Of a DNA stretch of 64,000 nt, positions 53,901-59,900 are shown in pieces. This DNA is from Girardia tigrina (lineage: Eukaryota): NCBI GenBank assembly GCA_001938485.1, contig MQRK01169010.1, forward strand, positions 1 to 64,000, given 5' to 3'. The notes below the pieces were generated by a model that saw nothing but the letters and a program-made list of their open reading frames with translations, was not told the origin of the DNA and made no database searches. Numbering within the stretch: the stretch's first letter is position 1; every line of letters begins with the position of its first letter. Both the position numbers and the translations under genes were made by a program.

Positions 53901-56900
53901 TTAGCCATATCTCCTGTGACCTGGGTTGAATCCTCTTTAAGTAATGCCTTCAATTCCGAATCTTCAGTTTCTTTAGGTATTCCGCTTCTCTGCATGTCCT
54001 CTAGGTCGAACTCACCATTTCTGAACTTCTTGAACTAGTTCTTGACCGTGGCATATGAAACAGTATCAGTTCCATAGGCTTGCGTAATTTGATCCAATGT
54101 TTCGGTGGTGTTTTTTCCTAAATTAAACATGAAAAGCATGTAATTTCGAAGATTAATTTTGTTCATTTTTGTACGTCTTTGAAAATACGAGCATTCATTT
54201 TTAAATCAATTAATCAATTAAATCATTTAGTTATATTTCTTTTATAATAAATGAAGGACTAAAAACTTATGCATCAACCTAATAAATACTGGTTACTAAA
54301 CAAGTTATCAATAATTTTAATTAATTTTTATTGATGTGTTCAATATCCAAGATATATAGCAATTAAATAAAAAAACTGAGCAACAAAATGTTAAGTCACT
54401 ATCAAATTATAACTATTTGAATTTATTGTAATCATTCCTACAAATATCATACTTGACAACCTTATATTTTTAAAAAAAACGTTTTCCCATTTTTTATTCA
54501 GTTTTAGTGAAAATATTAGCTACCTCACTAAAGCTAACAATATACCCACAATATACAGTCCATTAAATGAGACGATTGATATGTGAACTGGACTAATTTC
54601 AAGACTGACCGGGGGACCGGTAAATAAATAATATCATACCAAAAAATGTTTTGGTGTACAAGCTTTTATAATTTGTCATATGTTTGTGGTTCTGTATCTA
54701 TTTCACCCACTTCCGACATTTTTTTGACTGAATTATCAAAACCTACTACGCGAAAACCCGCTTTCTATTTGCATTTAGATGTAGCAAATTTCAAAGCCTA
54801 CTACTGAGGAAAACATGAGAACGACACTTTAATTACTTTTTGCGGCCAAACTAAAGGCGGTAGATGAGCAGTGACATTGAAAAAGTGTATTGACACCTAG
54901 AATACATCAATCCTGAAAGTTCCATGTCGCTAGGTGAACGGGAAGTGGGTGAATTTTCGATCGCAAGATTCGATGCATCCAGACAGACAAACAAATGAAA
55001 CGTAATAAAAGCTTGTAAAAACGGTATGAACAATGTAAATCAAAATAGAAATAATTATGAAAAACACCATGGTAAAAATAAATTGTAGGTTTTGAAACTT
55101 CTTGTAACAGTTGTTTTTACGAATGCGATTTTAGGAAGATATAATAAAGTTCTTAAATCATAAAAAAATTTAAATATTTGCAAGAAATTTGCTTATAAAA
55201 TTCTATTTCGAAGTATAAAAATATAAAATTGACGGAAAATACTTCTTAAATACGGCAACGTGTTAACACATTGTTTTCGGAAGACGGGTAGACTTGTCAT
55301 ACCCCTTTTTATAGTACAACGCAGGAGCCGAGTTTGCTTGCGGGAAGCGGTAAGGTGCGGTAAATTTGTAAATAAGGGGCTCTAGAAATATATGAGTGGT
55401 GCGTTATCCAATCAATCTACCTGCCGATTCTTTTTCCGCGAAAATTAAAAAAAAACATTCATTTTTAGTACCAACTTATACCATTAAATGAAAAATAAAT
55501 TTTGTATTCATTACTTTTCTAAATGAAATGAACTGCATGATTTATTGACAAAATTATTACTATTATATATAATTATTAATTTTCATACAGTTGAAGATAA
55601 ATGTCAAACGAAAACTTTAACCTGTAAAGATGGAGAAGTATGTAAACGTAGTGCATACGGAAGTGTTTGCAGTAAGATCAAGTGCAACGGAACCGATGTT
55701 TTCATGTTAAACAAATGCATACCGGAAAGCGAAATCTGTGCATCAATTGAATGCAGAGCTAACGCTCATTGTCGTGTGGAAAATGGTCGACCGGAATGCT
55801 TATGCGATTCAGGTTATTCCGGAGACGGGAGCTCGTGTATCGATATTGACGAGTGCTCGAGCGGACTGGTGAGCTGTCCGAATAACTCGCGGTGCAGAGA
55901 CAAGCAAGGAGCGTATTATTGTGCGTGCAATGTCGGATTTGAAAGACAAGGTTTCATTATTTTTTAAATTACTATGAAATTGTTTTAATTTAATTGTTTA
56001 TCGATTTATTTCCGTTAATTTTATTCGGTTTTAATTTCCAAAATATTTATTACTGACAAATAATCAACAAACACTCTTAATTATAATTAGATTAGTACGC
56101 TTTTTCTATTGATTTTTTGATAAATTTATTTGCTCTTTTAAGTTAAATTAATAATTTAATTTTTATTAATTTGAGCAGCGAGAGCTCGACCATCCGATCC
56201 TTGTTTCGACATCAACGAGTGCCTCATTCCAAACACCTGTTCCTCTAACGCCGCCTGTGAGAACACCGTCGGTTCATTCATCTGCCGCTGCAAGCCAGGA
56301 TATATTGGGGACGGCATCTACAACTGTGACGGTACTACACTTTCTTATATATGTTTGGAAGATGATTGATTAATATATAAATAAACTATAAATTTAGAGA
56401 CGTTTTTATTGACTCATTAAATTCCACGTGTCATGTTCCCTATAAAAAAGAGTAAAAAATTTTTAAAACTACTCAAGATGGATAATCAGTGCAAAATTAC
56501 AAAAAAGAACCAAATTCTGATTGATAGTAAATGAAAATTAAATGAGTCAATTAATTAAGTATAACTTTTTTACAAATTAAAAATAATTAACGTAAAACAT
56601 AAAATGGATAAAACTTAAAGTTTCTTTACAAATTATTGTACATTTCAAAATTTTTTCTAAAAAAAGTTATGGTATAAGAGTAATGATTGTATGAGTGAGG
56701 ATGTGTGAATGATTCAAAATAAACTCATTGTTGATCTGTGATCCTTTGACAGTGGACAGCAAGTGCGAGCGCCAAGGCAGGTGCCATCAGTCCGCCAGTT
56801 GCGTGCTCAATCGTCAAAATGGTATATATGAGTGCCAGTGTAACTCGGGGTATTCTGGAGACGGTGTTTCCAGCTGCAGCAGTAAGATATTAATAATTTA

Positions 56901-59900
56901 TTCATTTTCGGACTTCATTCATGAATTTTTTTGTCCTGCAGAAGACAATTACTGCTTCAGTAATGGCCAGAATGCGTGCCACAAGAACGCTCACTGTGTC
57001 CAGTTTAACTCAACTTATAGGTGTATTTGTCCCGATGGATTTCAGGGTGATGGATATAACTTCTGTAACGGTGCGTATTCATTATTTATATTATATATGT
57101 TAATTAGTTCGATTATTTTTTCTAATATCTTGAATTCCTTAAAAGACAATTTGTTATCTCTTCTATACTTTGACTGAAATAATCAATAAAAGCAACGATT
57201 ATTTTCATTTAATTTGAATATAATAAGTTACAAAAAATCAATTAAAAATTTTCATGAAAGTATAAACTATAAAATACTCATTAGAATTATTTTTGAAAAA
57301 TATTTCAATCTATAAAATGTTCTTCTCATCACAACAGACATCGATGAGTGCGCCAGCGTCACTTCTCACAACTGCTCGGAACCGCTCGAGCGCTGCGTTA
57401 ATCACGACGGACACTTCTCGTGTGAGTGTAGTCCTGGAGCGACCTTGGTCGAAGGTGTCTGTACAGGTTAGAAACGCTTTTTTTCTATAAATTAATTATT
57501 ATTCACAAAAAGTTATTTAATTATATATTAACTATGAAAGGAAAAATTAAATATGGGTTATTAATAAGAACTAATGCTTTGTAAATAAAGAAATAAACTC
57601 CAATTACATTCCTCTGCGTAGTGTTAGAAAAATCAGTCATTAAAATATTTTAGACATTATTGCAATCATCAAAATGCTTCCCACACATGTCAGTTTTTAG
57701 ATCCTTTAAAATATAAGTCAGAATGCAAAAATATGGTGAAGTAAGACGGTTCTGTCGAATTATTGACTTACATTTTGGAATTTCGAACTCGGATAACTCT
57801 ACTAACAAACTCTTACTTGAGGATTACTGATGTACTGATTTCCTTCCTGTCTGAAAGATTGAGATTCACTCTTATATTGTTGATCTAGAAAGACAGTTGT
57901 GACGAAATATTTCTTTATTGTTCATATTCTGCAACAAATAAAATTTTATTACAATTTAGTATTTCACAGTCCTCATGTTTTCGGCAATTCAAACAAAACC
58001 TAAAGCAAACATAATCGCATACGCTGTATAAAATTAAATTAGTGTTGTGAGGAATATTTTGAATGTTTGATGTTTTGTGTTTGAATGTGTATGTTGATTT
58101 GGAAATGTGTCTCTCCTACCAGATGGATGATTAATATTTGAATTCTTATTATCTAAAAATATGTTATGTTTAAATTTATTTTAATTTCAAATAATGATAA
58201 AATTTTAAATAAGTTAATTAATTTTTACAATTTTTAATAAATAAATCAAATTAATATTTTTTTAAATAATTAATAATCATTTTAATTATTATCCAATAAA
58301 TTTTGATAAAATATTTTAATAAATTATTTATTTCTCCGTTTGCCAAAATTAATAAGAATTAATTCTTTAATCAATTTAGTTTAGAATGCGATCGTAGGAA
58401 AGCTTTAGCAAAGATTGTCTTAAGTACAATCCAAATTGTTGTATAAATAAAAATATGAAAAGTCAAATCGGTGTTCTTAATACGTGTGTTAAAACAACTA
58501 CTTTAGTAATCATCAATACCATAAAATCAATGAACTAGTATTTCTCCGTCCTGTTTATTTTGAGACATTTTTGAAAGAACTTAGTGTACATCTACACATC
58601 AGACTTTTTACGTCGGTTGTCTTAATGCCATTTCGAAGTTATGAAAATTAAATAGTTAATTAATAAACTTTATTTCATTTTAATTTTTTAAAGATATTTG
58701 AATGATTTTCTGTATTTCATTATTGACTAAAAAATCTATTTATCTCAAGTACGAATATTTTTTTATCAATTTTCAACAAATTATTAATTAAATATATTAA
58801 TTTTTTATTGAAACTTCTACAAAATTTTCATTAAATTAACTAACAATAATTAATAAAAAATAATATTAATAAAATAAAATAAAAGAAAATTAACTTTCTA
58901 TGTGGTCTCTACAGATATTGACGAATGCAGCGGCAACGGTACAAATAAGTGCTCACCGTTCGCCATATGTCATAACACTCGCGGCAGTTACTCCTGCAAA
59001 TGCGATCACGGATTCTATGGAGACGGAGTAAAATGTTCCGGTAATTTTCTGATCAATATCGTTGTTGAAATTGATAACCGTGGTCATCTTTATGTTTCAG
59101 ACATAGACGAGTGCAAACTTGGTCTAGCCAACTGTAGCTACAACTCACTCTGCTTCAACAGACCTGGCTCATTTGACTGTCAATGCCAGGCCGGTAGTCT
59201 CGGCAACGGTACCACTTGTAATGATAAGGACGAGTGCAAGGAACGTAGCAAACCGGGGGCCTCTGACGGAAATCAGTGTGACGAAAATGCCGTCTGTAAA
59301 AATAAAGTATAGAATTTCTAATTATTAATATGATTATAATCTAATGATTTATATTTATTATGAATTTTTAATACATGCATTTTTTGCTATTATTTGTAAA
59401 TATTTAATTTAATAATATTTCATTATTATTAATATTCATAATTTAGCAATTATATAATTATTAGAGTAACTCAATAATACTTAGCAAAAAATAAAAATTG
59501 TAATATTTGCGACTTATTAAATTGTTAAAATAAAATAATAAGTAATATTTTTTATATTTTAAGTATTATTATTTTTTTGTTTATAGATTAACAATAAAAT
59601 AATTAATAATCGATTTTTAATATTTTACTTATTCAGATAAAATAATAATGTTATTATTTTAATGATGTTTTAACACATTGTGATCGGGCAGTTTTCGGCC
59701 GCGTACTAGTGCTGGTAACGGGTGATTTTTCGCGTAATTTCGCGCTAACGTAGACCTCTACAAAAATTTCGATAACTTCAAAAATATTTGTTTGATTTCA
59801 ATAATTCTTTTTGCAAATTATTTATTTTATTACATTTTATTTTATTATATTTAGAAATGTATTCTTCATCGTTAAACTAGTGCAGAATTTCACATAAAGT

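Noticed and set aside
19397-54166. Alternative genetic code (TGA or TAG recoding)
   Set aside because: The 1943-codon host frame has no in-frame stops and uses TGG, TGY and CGA normally; stops occur only in decayed elements and the nested ORF.
880-54463. Orientation bias of intronic TEs
   Set aside because: Roughly equal numbers of sense and antisense remnants.
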